Assembly: GCA_963752245.1 (NCBI GenBank)
Contig: CAVVXO010000005.1
Span: 34,418-98,417 of the forward strand
From: an uncultured Alphaproteobacteria bacterium
GTDB lineage: Bacteria; Pseudomonadota; Alphaproteobacteria; Caulobacterales; Caulobacteraceae
Reading direction: 5' to 3'
Length of the DNA: 64,000 nt
Under the pieces are notes generated by a model. That model was not told where the DNA came from, made no database searches, and saw only the letters and a program-made list of their open reading frames with translations. The translations under genes and the position numbers were made by a program. Below, piece by piece: positions 38,992 through 50,800 of this stretch. Position 1 is the stretch's first letter. Each line of letters begins with the position of its first letter.

Positions 38992-40278
38992 GTGGCCTTC
39001 AACGATCAGCTTGGCATGGCGCGCTCCTACTATGCCGCCACGGCCGCGCCGGCGCCGCGCCACGCAGCGCTGGGAGGCGAGACGCGCGCCGATCTGGTGA
39101 TCGTCGGCGGCGGTTGCACCGGCCTGTCCGCCGCCCTGCACGCCGCCGAGCGCGGCGCCCGCGTGGTGCTGCTGGAGGGCGGCCGGATCGGCTGGGGCGC
39201 CTCGGGACGCAACGGCGGCCAGATCATTCCGGGACTGCGCAAGGGCGCGGCGGAGTTGGCGGCCATGCTCGGCGAGACGCGGGCGCGGCGGCTGTTCCAG
39301 CTGTCGCTCGAGGCTCGATCGCTGGTCGGCGAGCTGATCGCCAAATTCGCGATCGCGTGCGACCTGAAGGAGACCGGCCACCTCGCCGCCGCCGTCCGTT
39401 CCCGCGACCTGCGGCACATGGAAGAAGAAGCGACCTGCCTGACGCGGGTCATGGACTACCACGACGTCGACCTTCTCGACGCCCGAGCGGTGCGCGCCCA
39501 TGTCGATCACCCCTATGCCGGCGGCCTGCTGGACCGCCGCGGCGGCCACTTCCACACGCTCAACTACACGCTCGGTCTCGCTCGCGCCGCGGCCGGCGCC
39601 GGCGCCACGCTGCACGAAGAGTCGGTCGCGGTTTCCATCGCCCGGCACGGCGGCGGCGGCGTGCGGGTATGCACGGCCGCTGGCGCCGTGGTCGCCGATC
39701 AGGCGGTGCTGGCCGGCGACGCGCTGCTGCAAGGCCTCGCCCCGGCGGTGGAGCGGCGGATCATGCCGGTCGCCAATTACGTCGTCGCCACCGCGCCGCT
39801 CGCCGACGCCGCCGGCCTGATCCCCACCGACGTGGCGATCTCCGACAGCCGGTTCGTCGTCGACTACTACCGCCGCACCGTCGATGGCCGGCTGCTGTTC
39901 GGCGGCGGCGAGCGCTACAGCCGCGATGCTCCGGCCGATATCGCCGCCTTCGTCCGACCGCATCTCGAGAGAGTCTTTCCCCAGCTGCGGGGCGTCGCCA
40001 TCGAGCATGCCTGGGGCGGCCTCGTCTCGATCTCGCGCACCCGCCTGCCGCACCTCGGCCGCGAGGGAGCGATCCTCTTCGCCCACGGCTACAGCGGGAT
40101 GGGAGCGATCCTCTCCACCCTCGCCGGCAAGCTGCTCGCCGAGGCGGCGGCCGGCCCCTCGCCCGGGTTCGAGTCGTTCGCCGCCATCGCTCCGCCCCCC
40201 TTCCCCGGCGGCCCGGCGCTGCGCGGCCCGCTCCACCTCGCCGGCATGCTCTGGTACGCGATGCGCGACCGGCTGTGA
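38992..40278 (+). CDS. FAD-dependent oxidoreductase, PuuB/PauB (gamma-glutamylputrescine oxidase)-like
   Basis: SYYAATA, VIVGGGCTGLSAAL, GWGASGRNGGQ, RLLFGGGE, AWGG, FAHGYSGMG; start GTG 38992 or ATG 39016. Confidence 0.9.
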   Translation: MAFNDQLGMARSYYAATAAPAPRHAALGGETRADLVIVGGGCTGLSAALHAAERGARVVLLEGGRIGWGASGRNGGQIIPGLRKGAAELAAMLGETRARRLFQLSLEARSLVGELIAKFAIACDLKETGHLAAAVRSRDLRHMEEEATCLTRVMDYHDVDLLDARAVRAHVDHPYAGGLLDRRGGHFHTLNYTLGLARAAAGAGATLHEESVAVSIARHGGGGVRVCTAAGAVVADQAVLAGDALLQGLAPAVERRIMPVANYVVATAPLADAAGLIPTDVAISDSRFVVDYYRRTVDGRLLFGGGERYSRDAPADIAAFVRPHLERVFPQLRGVAIEHAWGGLVSISRTRLPHLGREGAILFAHGYSGMGAILSTLAGKLLAEAAAGPSPGFESFAAIAPPPFPGGPALRGPLHLAGMLWYAMRDRL

Positions 40279-40292
40279 CGCGCGCCTTCCCT

Positions 40293-40351
40293 GGAGCGCC
40301 GGCCTCCTTAGCCGGCCTGTTCTTTTGAGCCGGCGTGGACGCCGGCGCTCC
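40293..40351 (+). repeat. Short palindromic REP-like element, copy A
   Basis: GGAGCGCCGGCCTCC-21 nt-GCCGGCGTGGACGCCGGCGCTCC; 11 bp terminal inverted repeat. Confidence 0.8.
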
Positions 40352-40425
40352 GATAAGGAGGCGAACTGAGGTCGTCCATACCCGGCCCTTGACGTGGCGG
40401 TCGCCCGGGTGGTGCTTTGCGCATC

Positions 40426-40435
40426 TGAGATAGCA
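40426..40435 (+). promoter_or_regulatory. Candidate GntR operator (TGAGATAGCA)
   Basis: 9/10 match to the 37588 site; just upstream of the SpdH-like gene and downstream of TTGACG (40389-94). Confidence 0.4.
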
Positions 40436-40436
40436 G

Positions 40437-42382
40437 ATGGGAATGGCGTCCATGGGACGGAGTTCGGACGACCGGCGGCTCGGCATGGACCGGGCGATCG
40501 ACCGGCGGGACTTCCTCAACGGCGTCGCGGTGACCCTTGGGCGCCAGCCTCTGCGGTCCGGCGGCCCTGGCGGCGGGGATCTGGCCGCAGGACGCGCCGG
40601 GCTACGATCCGCCGCTGCTCACCGGCCTGCGCGGCAGCCACGCCGGCTCGTTCGAGACGGCCCACAGCCTGCGGGATGGCGACTTCTGGTCCGGAGCCGG
40701 CGCTCCCGAGGAGACCGGCGAGGCCTATGACCTGATCGTCGTCGGCGGCGGCATCAGCGGCCTGTCGGCGGCGTGGTTCTGGCGGCGCGAGCGGCCGGAG
40801 GCGCGAATCCTCATCCTCGACAACCACGACGACTTCGGCGGCCACGCCAAGCGCAACGAATTCCATCTGGGCGGCAAGCTGCATCTGCTGAACGGCGGCA
40901 CGCTGATGATCGACAGCCCGCGACCCTACAGCGCTGTCGCCGATGGCCTGATCCGCGCGCTCGGCATCGATCCGGTCAAGCTGCAGGCGACCTGCGACAA
41001 GCGGGCGATGTACCGCGAGCAGGGGCTCGGCCACGCCATCTTCTTCGACAAGGAGACTTTCGGAACCGACGCCCTGGTGACCGGCGCCCCGGCGATCTAC
41101 TTTGGCCAGGGCGGTTCCTGGCCGGATTTCCTGAAGCGCGCGCCACTGAGCGCGCCGGTCAAGCGCGACATTCTACGGGTGGAGCTGGGCGAGGAGAACC
41201 CCTACCCGGGGCTCTCGGAGGCCGAGATCAAGGATCGCCTGTCGCGGATCAGCTACCGCGACTACCTGCTGAAGGTGGTCAAGGTCGATCCTGGCGTCAT
41301 CCCCTTCTACCAGAACCGCACTCACGGCGAGTGGGGAGTGGGCATCGACGCCATCTCGGCGCTCGACTGCTGGGGCTTCTACATGCCCGGCTTCAAGGGG
41401 CTGAAGCTCTCCCCGACGCCGGCGCCGCGGATGAGCTACACGCCGGCCGGCTATGTCCAGGGCGGCTCCTACACCTTCCACTTCCCCGACGGGAACGCCT
41501 CGATCGCCCGGCTGCTGGTGCGCGGCCTCGTTCCCGGAGCCGCGCCGGGTTCGACGGCCACGGACATCGTCACCGCGCCGTTCGACTATGCGCGGCTGGA
41601 TCGGCCGGGAAACGCCGTGCGCATCCGCCTCTCGAGCACCTGCGTGCGGGCCCGCAATCTCGGCGATGCCTCGCGACCGGAAGGCGTCGAGATCGCCTAT
41701 GCCCGCGGCGGCAAGGTGTTCCGCGCGCGCGGCCGCGCCGCCATTCTCGCCTCGTGGAACATGATGATCCCCTACCTGTGCCCGGAGATGCCGCCGCGGC
41801 AGAAGGCGGCGCTGCACGAGGTGGTGAAGACGCCGCTGGTCTACACCAGCGTCGCCTTGCGCGACTGGACGGCGTTCAGGAAGCTCGGCGTCTGGTCGGT
41901 CACCGCTCCGGGCGGCTACTGGAGCAGCTTCCAGCTAAACTGGCCGGTCGACATCGGCGGCTACTCGGCCGAGCGCTCGCCGGAGCGGCCGATCCTGATC
42001 CACATGACCCGCACGCCGTGCAAGCCGGGGCTCTCGGAGTTCGCCCAGAACCGCGCCGGCCGCTACGAACTCCTGGCGACCTCGTTCGCCGACTTCGAGC
42101 GCGAGATTCGCGATCAACTCGGCCGCACCCTCGCCGACGGCGGCTTCGATCCGGCGCGCGACATCACGGCGATCACCGTCAACCGCTGGCCGCACGGCTA
42201 CGCGCCGGAGTGGAACGCCCTGTGGGATCCGGACATGCCGGACGATCAGCGCCCCAACGTCGATCGGCCGCGCGCGCTTCGGCCGGATCGCCATCGCCAA
42301 CTCCGACGCCGGCGCCGCCGCCTACACCGACAGCGCCATCGACCAGGCCCATCGGGCGGTGGGGGAGCTGCTGGCGGTCTAG
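40437..42382 (+). CDS. Tat-exported flavoprotein, spermidine dehydrogenase (SpdH)-like; two +1 frameshifts (~40539, ~42262)
   Basis: LGMDRAIDRRDFLNG twin-Arg signal, PPLLTGLRGSHAGSFETAH, IVVGGGISGL, DNHDDFGGHAKRNEF, HFPDGNASIARLLVR, VNRWPHGYA, corrected tail GRARFGRIAIANSDAG..YTDSAIDQAHRAV. Confidence 0.85.
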
Positions 42383-42387
42383 CCTTT

Positions 42388-42444
42388 GGAGCGCTGGCCT
42401 CCCGCTGGCATCCTTAATCTTGCCGGGGTGGACGCCGGCGCTCC
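42388..42444 (+). repeat. Short palindromic REP-like element, copy B
   Basis: GGAGCGCTGGCCTCC-19 nt-GCCGGGGTGGACGCCGGCGCTCC between convergent genes. Confidence 0.78.
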
Positions 42445-42445
42445 G

Positions 42446-42463
42446 GCGGACGAGGGCGTCCGC
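42446..42463. terminator. GC hairpin between convergent genes, possible terminator
   Basis: GCGGACG-AGGG-CGTCCGC perfect 7 bp stem; no clear U-tract. Confidence 0.3.
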
Positions 42464-42474
42464 GCTCCTTGCCG

Positions 42475-43872
42475 TCACACGTTCAGCAGCAGGAACTCCC
42501 TTTCCCACGGGCTGATCACGCGCATGAAGGTGGCGAACTCGGCGCGCTTGACGGCGGCGAAGGTGGTGACGAAGGGGCGGCCGAACATCTCGACCGCCTC
42601 TTCGCTGTCCTCGAACAGGTCGACCGCCTCGAGGATGCCGACCGGCAGATCGAACTCCTCCGAACGGGCGATGCCGGAGACCGGCTCGCTCGGGGTGAGC
42701 TTGTGTGTCAGGCCGAGGTAGCCGGCGGCGAGGGAGGCGGCGAGCGCCAGATAGGGGTTGGCGTCCGACGACGGCGCGCGGTTCTCCACCCGCCGATTGT
42801 CCGGCGAGGAGGGGGGCACGCGCAGCCCGGTGGTGCGGTTGTCGTAGCCCCAGCAGACGTTCACCGGCGCCGAGGCGCCGCGCACCAGGCGGCGGTAGGA
42901 GTTGACGTAAGGGGCGATCATGCAGGTCACCGCCGGCAGATAGCGCTGCTGGCCGGCGATGAAGTGGAAGAAGGCCGCCGTCGGCTTGTCGTCCGGGCCG
43001 GTGAAGATGTTCTGGCCGCTCGCCGCGTCCACGACCGACTGGTGGATGTGCATCGCCGAGCCCGGCTCGTGGGCGATCGGCTTGGCCATGAAGGTGGCGT
43101 AGATGTCGTGCTTGAGCGCTGCCTCGCGGATGGTGCGCTTCAACAGGAACACCTGGTCGGCGAGCATGATCGGATCGCCGTGCCGCAGGTTGATCTCCAT
43201 CTGCGCCGCCCCCTCCTCGTGGATGAGGGTGTCGACCTCCAGCGCCTGGGCCTCGGCGAAGGCGTAGATGTCTTCGAAGAGATCATCGAATTCGTTGACC
43301 GCCGAGATGGAATAGGAGCGCCGGCCGGCTTCCGGCCGGCCGGAGCGGCCGATCGGCGGCTCCAGCGGGTAATCCGGATCGGTGTTGCGCTTGACGAGGT
43401 AGAACTCCAGCTCCGGCGCCACCACCGGGCGCCAGCCCTGCTCCTGGTAGAAGCCGACCACCCGGCGCAGCACCTGCCGGGGCGCGATCTCGACGGCGCG
43501 GCCGTCGTGAAACACCGCGTCGTGAATCACCTGGGCGGTCGGATCGCTCGCCCACGGCACGGCGGTCAGGGTGGAGAAATCCGGCCGCAGCACGATGTCG
43601 CCGTCGGAAGGATCGTAGCGGAAGTCGTCGCTCTCGTCGGGGTATTCGCCGCTGATCGTCTGCATGAAGATCGACGAGGGCAGCGCCATGGCGGTGTCGT
43701 CGAAGAACTTGGCGGCCGGCATGATCTTGCCGCGGGCGACGCCCGCCAGATCCGGCACCAGGCACTCGATCTCGGTGACGCGGCGGGCGGACGCCCAGGC
43801 GCGCGCCTCCGACAGATTGGCGACCGGACCCTGGGTGGCGGCCAGTTCGGCTGACTTCTTTTTCTTCGGCAT
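42475..43872 (-). CDS. Glutamine-synthetase-like gamma-glutamyl-polyamine ligase, copy 2
   Basis: ECLVPDLAGVARGKIMP, APELEFYL, LIHEEGAAQMEINL, GSAMHIHQS, DNRTTGLRVP, RVENRAPSSDANPYL. Confidence 0.92.
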   Translation of the reverse strand: MPKKKKSAELAATQGPVANLSEARAWASARRVTEIECLVPDLAGVARGKIMPAAKFFDDTAMALPSSIFMQTISGEYPDESDDFRYDPSDGDIVLRPDFSTLTAVPWASDPTAQVIHDAVFHDGRAVEIAPRQVLRRVVGFYQEQGWRPVVAPELEFYLVKRNTDPDYPLEPPIGRSGRPEAGRRSYSISAVNEFDDLFEDIYAFAEAQALEVDTLIHEEGAAQMEINLRHGDPIMLADQVFLLKRTIREAALKHDIYATFMAKPIAHEPGSAMHIHQSVVDAASGQNIFTGPDDKPTAAFFHFIAGQQRYLPAVTCMIAPYVNSYRRLVRGASAPVNVCWGYDNRTTGLRVPPSSPDNRRVENRAPSSDANPYLALAASLAAGYLGLTHKLTPSEPVSGIARSEEFDLPVGILEAVDLFEDSEEAVEMFGRPFVTTFAAVKRAEFATFMRVISPWEREFLLLNV

Positions 43873-43972
43873 GCAAGGACGCCGGCTTTCGCGGCCAGGG
43901 CGTCCGGGCGCTCCCGGTTCTTTAGTGATCCAAGGGCGAAGCTTACCGCGAAGCACGCCGGCGCGCCAGCCA

Positions 43973-43982
43973 TGTGATCACA
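43973..43982. promoter_or_regulatory. Perfect palindrome TGTGATCACA, candidate GntR operator
   Basis: Between the divergent GS-like gene and the TBDR, 5 nt upstream of a TTGACG -35-like hexamer (43988-93). Confidence 0.55.
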
Positions 43983-44050
43983 GTCCCTTGACGGCGAAGG
44001 GGCCGGCGGGGGATTCTCGCCCGTCGAAAGGTGACGGAGGGCGAGGCGAC

Positions 44051-46504
44051 ATGCGGACGAGTTGGATGGCGAGGCTGATGGCGGCGTCGGCGCTGATCGC
44101 TCCCGCCGTGGCGGTCGGCGTCGCTCATGCCCAGGCGCAGGGCCAATCGGCCAACACCTCGATCCACGGGGCCAACGCCACCGAGGTCGGCGAGGTGGTG
44201 GTCACCGCGACGCGCAAGGAGGAATCGCTCAGCAAGGTCGCCGAGAGCGTCAGCGCCTTCACCGCCAAGAAGATGGATGTGCTCAACATCAAGAGCTTCG
44301 CCGACATCGCCAAATTCACCCCGGGCGTCACTTTCGACAGCGAAAGCCACGATATCTCGATCCGCGGGATCAGCTCGACGGCCGGCTCGGGCACCACGGG
44401 CATCTACATCGACGACACGCCGGTGCAGATCCGCAATCTGGGGCTCAACGCCAACAACACCTTGCCGGCGGTGTTCGACCTGCAGCGGGTCGAGGTGCTG
44501 CGCGGACCGCAAGGCACCCTGTTCGGCGCCGGCAGCGAAGGCGGCACCGTGCGCTACATCACCACCCAGCCGAGCCTGACCCACTTCAGCGCCATGGGTC
44601 ATCTCGAGGGGGCCCTGACCGAGGGTGGTTCGCCGGACTACGAAGCCGGTCTCGCTTTTGGCGGGCCCATCGTCGAGGACAAGCTCGGCTTCCGCGTGAG
44701 CGCCTGGGGCCGTCGCGACGGCGGCTGGATCGACCGGGTCGATTATCAGACGCTGGCGACCACCGAGGCCAACGCCAACTATGTCGACACCTATGTGCTG
44801 CGCGCCGCGCTGAGCTGGGCGCCGACCTCGCAGCTGCTGATCACGCCCGGCGTCGACTACCAGCGCCGTGACCAGCACAATTACGACAACTACTGGGTGT
44901 CGATCTCCGACCCCAGCGCCGGCAAGTTCCTGAACGGCACCCCCGACCGGCAGCCGGACGCCGACCATTTCCTGCTGCCGACCCTGAAGATCGAGTACAG
45001 CCTGCCGAAGGCCAAGATCATCTCCAACACCTCTTATTACAATCGTTTCGAGCAGGTCGGCGGCTATAGCGGCACGCTCTATAATTTGTCGTTTTTCCAG
45101 CACTTCTTGTCATCGGATCCGGCCATCAACCAGTATGGCCTGCCATACCCAACGGACCCGCAGGGGAATGCGTGCACCAACAACTGCGGCGCCTTCTTTC
45201 CTCTGCTGACCCCGACCGGTCCCCACCTGCCGCAGTTCCCCAACTACTATGCCTGGAACACGATCCAGAACGCTCAGCAGAACTTCACTCAGGAAATCCG
45301 CATCCAGTCGACCGACGCGGCGTCCCGCCTGCAGTGGACCGCCGGTCTGTTCTATGCGTTCGATCGCCAGCAGAGCAAGGAGGAAATTCACGATCCGCAA
45401 CTTCCCCAGCTGACACAATTGCTGTGGAATGAGGACATGATTACCGCTTGGGGTGAAAATCTCCTTCCCAACGGGGATGATTACATCAACAACACGCGGG
45501 CAAAGGACCGGCAGACGGCGTTCTTCGCCGACGTCACCTACCTCTTGACCGAAAAATTGAAGCTGGAGGTCGGGCTACGGTACGCCTGGACCTATTACGC
45601 CTTCCAGAACACCAACGATGGGCCGCAGGATCTGCTCGGCGGTCCGCCGACCTATCGGAACGGCGGCCTCGCGCGCGGGTCAAAGGCCGAGCAGCCGTTC
45701 ACGCCGAAGGTCAGCCTCTCCTACCAGCTGACATCGGACGACATGATCTACGGGACCATCGCCAAAGGCTACCGCATCGGCGGGGCGACTCCCCCCTTGC
45801 CGCCCAACTGCGGCACGGGCTTTCCGACCTCATACAATTCCGACAGCGTCTGGAGCTATGAGGTCGGCAGCAAGGATCGGTTCTTCGACCGCACCCTGCA
45901 GGTTTCGGGAAGCGCCTACTACATCAAGTGGTCGAACATTCAGCAGGCCTTCTATGTGCCGGTGTGCGGCATTCAGTTCACCACCAACGCCGGCGAGGCG
46001 GTGAGCAAGGGGTTCGACCTGCAGGCGGCGTGGACGCCGATCCACGCGCTCAATCTCGAGGCGAGCGTCGGCTACACCAATGCGAAGTTCACCCAGACGG
46101 CGCTCGACGCCAACGGCGACATTCTCAACGTCAAGGGCGATTCCCTGGATGTCGTGCCCTGGACGGTCACCCTGGGCGCACAGGTGAACTTCCCGATCGC
46201 GGCTCGCGACGGCTATCTGCGGGTCGACTACGAGTACAACAGCAAGCGCACGACGCCGATCCCCACCGAGGATCCGGGCACCGCCTTCTACGACTCCGGC
46301 CTGGTTCCCAATCCGGCGACCAACCTGTTTTCCGCGCGCCTGGGCGTGAATTTCGACAAGTGGGATGTGGCTCTCTATGCCGACAACCTGTTCGACGCCC
46401 ATCCGCAGCTGAACCTCACGCACCAGGATTCGGCGACCACGCTCTATGAGGCGACGACCTTCCGGCCGCGCACGGTCGGGCTCTCGGCCAACTTCCGCTA
46501 CTAA
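44051..46504 (+). CDS. TonB-dependent outer-membrane receptor
   Basis: Signal peptide, TonB box EVVVTATRK, plug ISIRGIS..IYIDD and RVEVLRGPQGTLFG, GYRIGG, C-terminal RTVGLSANFRY. Confidence 0.96.
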   Translation: MRTSWMARLMAASALIAPAVAVGVAHAQAQGQSANTSIHGANATEVGEVVVTATRKEESLSKVAESVSAFTAKKMDVLNIKSFADIAKFTPGVTFDSESHDISIRGISSTAGSGTTGIYIDDTPVQIRNLGLNANNTLPAVFDLQRVEVLRGPQGTLFGAGSEGGTVRYITTQPSLTHFSAMGHLEGALTEGGSPDYEAGLAFGGPIVEDKLGFRVSAWGRRDGGWIDRVDYQTLATTEANANYVDTYVLRAALSWAPTSQLLITPGVDYQRRDQHNYDNYWVSISDPSAGKFLNGTPDRQPDADHFLLPTLKIEYSLPKAKIISNTSYYNRFEQVGGYSGTLYNLSFFQHFLSSDPAINQYGLPYPTDPQGNACTNNCGAFFPLLTPTGPHLPQFPNYYAWNTIQNAQQNFTQEIRIQSTDAASRLQWTAGLFYAFDRQQSKEEIHDPQLPQLTQLLWNEDMITAWGENLLPNGDDYINNTRAKDRQTAFFADVTYLLTEKLKLEVGLRYAWTYYAFQNTNDGPQDLLGGPPTYRNGGLARGSKAEQPFTPKVSLSYQLTSDDMIYGTIAKGYRIGGATPPLPPNCGTGFPTSYNSDSVWSYEVGSKDRFFDRTLQVSGSAYYIKWSNIQQAFYVPVCGIQFTTNAGEAVSKGFDLQAAWTPIHALNLEASVGYTNAKFTQTALDANGDILNVKGDSLDVVPWTVTLGAQVNFPIAARDGYLRVDYEYNSKRTTPIPTEDPGTAFYDSGLVPNPATNLFSARLGVNFDKWDVALYADNLFDAHPQLNLTHQDSATTLYEATTFRPRTVGLSANFRY

Positions 46505-46518
46505 GAAGGCGCCCGCCG

Positions 46519-47854
<1,336 letters not shown>

Positions 47855-50800
47855 TCATCCCATGGAGCGCCGGCCTCGGGTCGGCTTTATTTCCGATGCG
47901 CGCGAGGCGCGCGCCACGAGGTCCCCCTCGGGGGCGTCGCGGTCGGTATCGCCCGCGGCCAGGGCCTTCATGTGCCAGTGGATGAGCTCGCGGGTCAGAT
48001 AGACGCCGTCGTGGGCGGCGCGATCCTTGCGCTCGACGATCGGGAAGCTGGCGAGCACGTGATCGACATCGCCCGGATCGGTGATGCCGTAGAGAATGAA
48101 GTAGAGCGCATCGAGGCGGGCGCGCAGCTGGCGGCGTTGCGCTTCGTCCCAGCGAAACGGCGGCAGGACGTTTCCCTCCGCGTCGACATGGCCGAGGTCG
48201 CGGGCGAAGTCGGCGAGATCGTGCGCGGTGTAGGAGAGGCGCAGGACATGGTCGCGAACGATGTCGCCGGCGGTCTTGGGGCCGAAGGCGCGTTCGTAGG
48301 CGGCGGCGGGGACCACGGGGAGTTGCTCGACGATGAACCAGTTGAGGGTCTGCCCCTGTAATCTTCTGTCGTACAACGTAGTCGAAGGCAAATAGTTCGT
48401 AGTTGCCCGTCAGAGACATGACAATCGCTGCGGATCGATCCTTCGCCAGGTAGCAAGAGCGGTAGCTGTGATATGCCAAGTCCACCAAGGCAGCTGGAGG
48501 CACGATCGCGCAGAAATGAATGTGCGGGTGTTTGTGGTGGAAGTAATTTCTTTGAAACCGACGATACCAGCCGTATTGCGGGTAATCGGCAAGGGAGACG
48601 ATCTCGACGCGGTACTGGGGCTCCGGAATCAGGAGGCATCCTCATCTGCGCTGCGTCGTGGTGGCTTCCTTCGCCTGAGCGGGCCGATGCAGATTGGCGG
48701 TGTTTACTCAACGCTCGCCGCCCTGTGGTCGAAGGCCTGAACCATCTTGCCTTCGTAGAGCGGAACCCAGCGCCGCTCGCCCTTGGCCCAGCGGCCGGCG
48801 CCGATCGGTAGGCGCCCTCCGCCTCCAGGCGGGCGCGCGACCAGAACAGGTGGCTGTCGTTGGTCATGTCGAACATGTCGAATGTACTTGACCGGCCAGG
48901 CCTTTACCTCTCGCGCCGGAGGAGCGGTCGACCAGCACCGGCAAGCGCTCGTAGACGCCGCGGGTGATGGCGGCGTCGCGGGCGGAGCGGAAGATCGGCG
49001 CCGTGCCGGTGTTGGGATTGACCCGGGCGAAGTCGGCCGGCGTCAGGCGGAAGAGGCGCGGATCGTCCGGCGCCGGCGCGTCGCGCAGGAAGAAGGCGCA
49101 TTCCGCCGCCTCGGCCGTGCGCATCGGCCCGCCGGCGATGAAGGCGCAGAACTTGAAGCGGCTGTCGACGTCCGGGAAGAAGGCTTCGCGGCCGCCGCCG
49201 CGGCGGTTCTCGAAATCGAGAACGGCGAGCACCCGGCCGGCAGTGGAAAGGCTCTTGAAGAAGGGCGCGGCGGTCAGATCGCTGGCGATGCCCGAGGGGG
49301 TGAGGAGGCCGGCGGCGCCTCGGAGCTCGATCAGCGCCTGGGCGCGCTCGACGAACAGGGAATAGAGGTTGATGTCGCCGCGCGACAGCAGCGGATAGGC
49401 GCCGCAGCCGCGCGCCACGGCCATGGCCTGCTCGGCCCGCTCCCGCGCCAGGTCGTAGGCGGCGGCGAGGGGATCGTCCGTGGCGCGCAGGGCGTCGATG
49501 GCGCGCTTGCGGTCGGCGGCGCGCACCTGGCGGGCAATGGCCGGGGCGCGCTCGGCGAACCACTCCACCTCCTGCATCTTCATCCGGTCCCACGGCGGAT
49601 TGCCGATCACCGCGTCGAAGCCGCCGGTCCGCGCGCTCGCCCAGCCGCGCCACACGCCGGGGAAGGCGACCTGCCAATGGAGAAAGCGCTGCTCGGCGGC
49701 GAGGGCGCGGGCGGCGTCGAGCAGCCGGCGGGCGCGCAAGAAATCGCGGGCGCCGGCCGCGCCGGGCAGCAGCGACATCTGTTCCGGCGCCGCCTCCAGC
49801 TCGATGAGGGAGGCGGTCTCGGCGAGATCGGCGGCGCCGGGCGGGGCCTTCAGCGGCTCGAGCCCGGCGATGACGCGCAGCGGATCGCCAAAGGCGCCGT
49901 GCAGCAGGGCCCCCAAGGCCGTGTGATCGTCCGGCCCGAGCTTCATCCAGCGCAGCGCCTGGCGAAAATCGAGGAAGCCCTTGAGCAGGGCGACGCCCTC
50001 CTCGACCTCGGCGAAGCGGCGGGCGCTCTCCTCGACCTCGCTCAGCACGCCGTCGGACAGCGCCTCGATGGCGCGCATGGCGGTCTCGGTCGCCAGAGCC
50101 TTCTGGACGGCGGGCCCAAGGAAGAGGCCGGCGCCGGCGATCGGATTGCCGTTCGCGCCGTTCCTGCGGCCGTCGGCCTCCGACCCGGCCTCGCGGACCA
50201 CCTCGTCGACCCATTCGCCATAGAGGCTGTCGCCGCAGCGCAGATGGTGGTCGAGAAAGGAGAGCGGCGCGCCGGCGGTGAAGGTGTGCAGCCACAGCGA
50301 CACCTTGGCGAGCTCGACGGCCATCGGGTTCTTGTCGACGCCGAAGACGCAGCGCTTGAGCGCCAGGCGGCGGACGAGGTTGGCGTCGCTGAGCTGCTCG
50401 GCCTGGATCGCCCATCCATGCGCCGCCGCCTCGCCCGACAGCCGCTCGCGCAGCGTTTGCAGCTCGGCCGCCAGCGGCGAGCGCCAGTCGATACCGAGGG
50501 CTTCGGCCTTGCGTTCCGCCCCGCCCATGGCGGTGAAGGCCTCGGCGGCCAGCCAGTCGATCACATCGACGAGGAAGTGGCCCGAGCCCATCGCCGGATC
50601 GATGATCTTGAGCGACAGAATGGCGCTCGCCGGATCGGCCTGGCTCAGCCAGGCGCGCCGGTTGTCCGGATCGAGCCGGCCGTCGCCGGCCCGCTCAACG
50701 GCGGCCTCGAAGGCGGCGAGCCGTTCGGCGACCAGCGGTTTCAAGGTGCGCTCGATGATCAGGCGGACCAGCAGGTCGGGGGTGTAGTAGCTGCCCGAAC

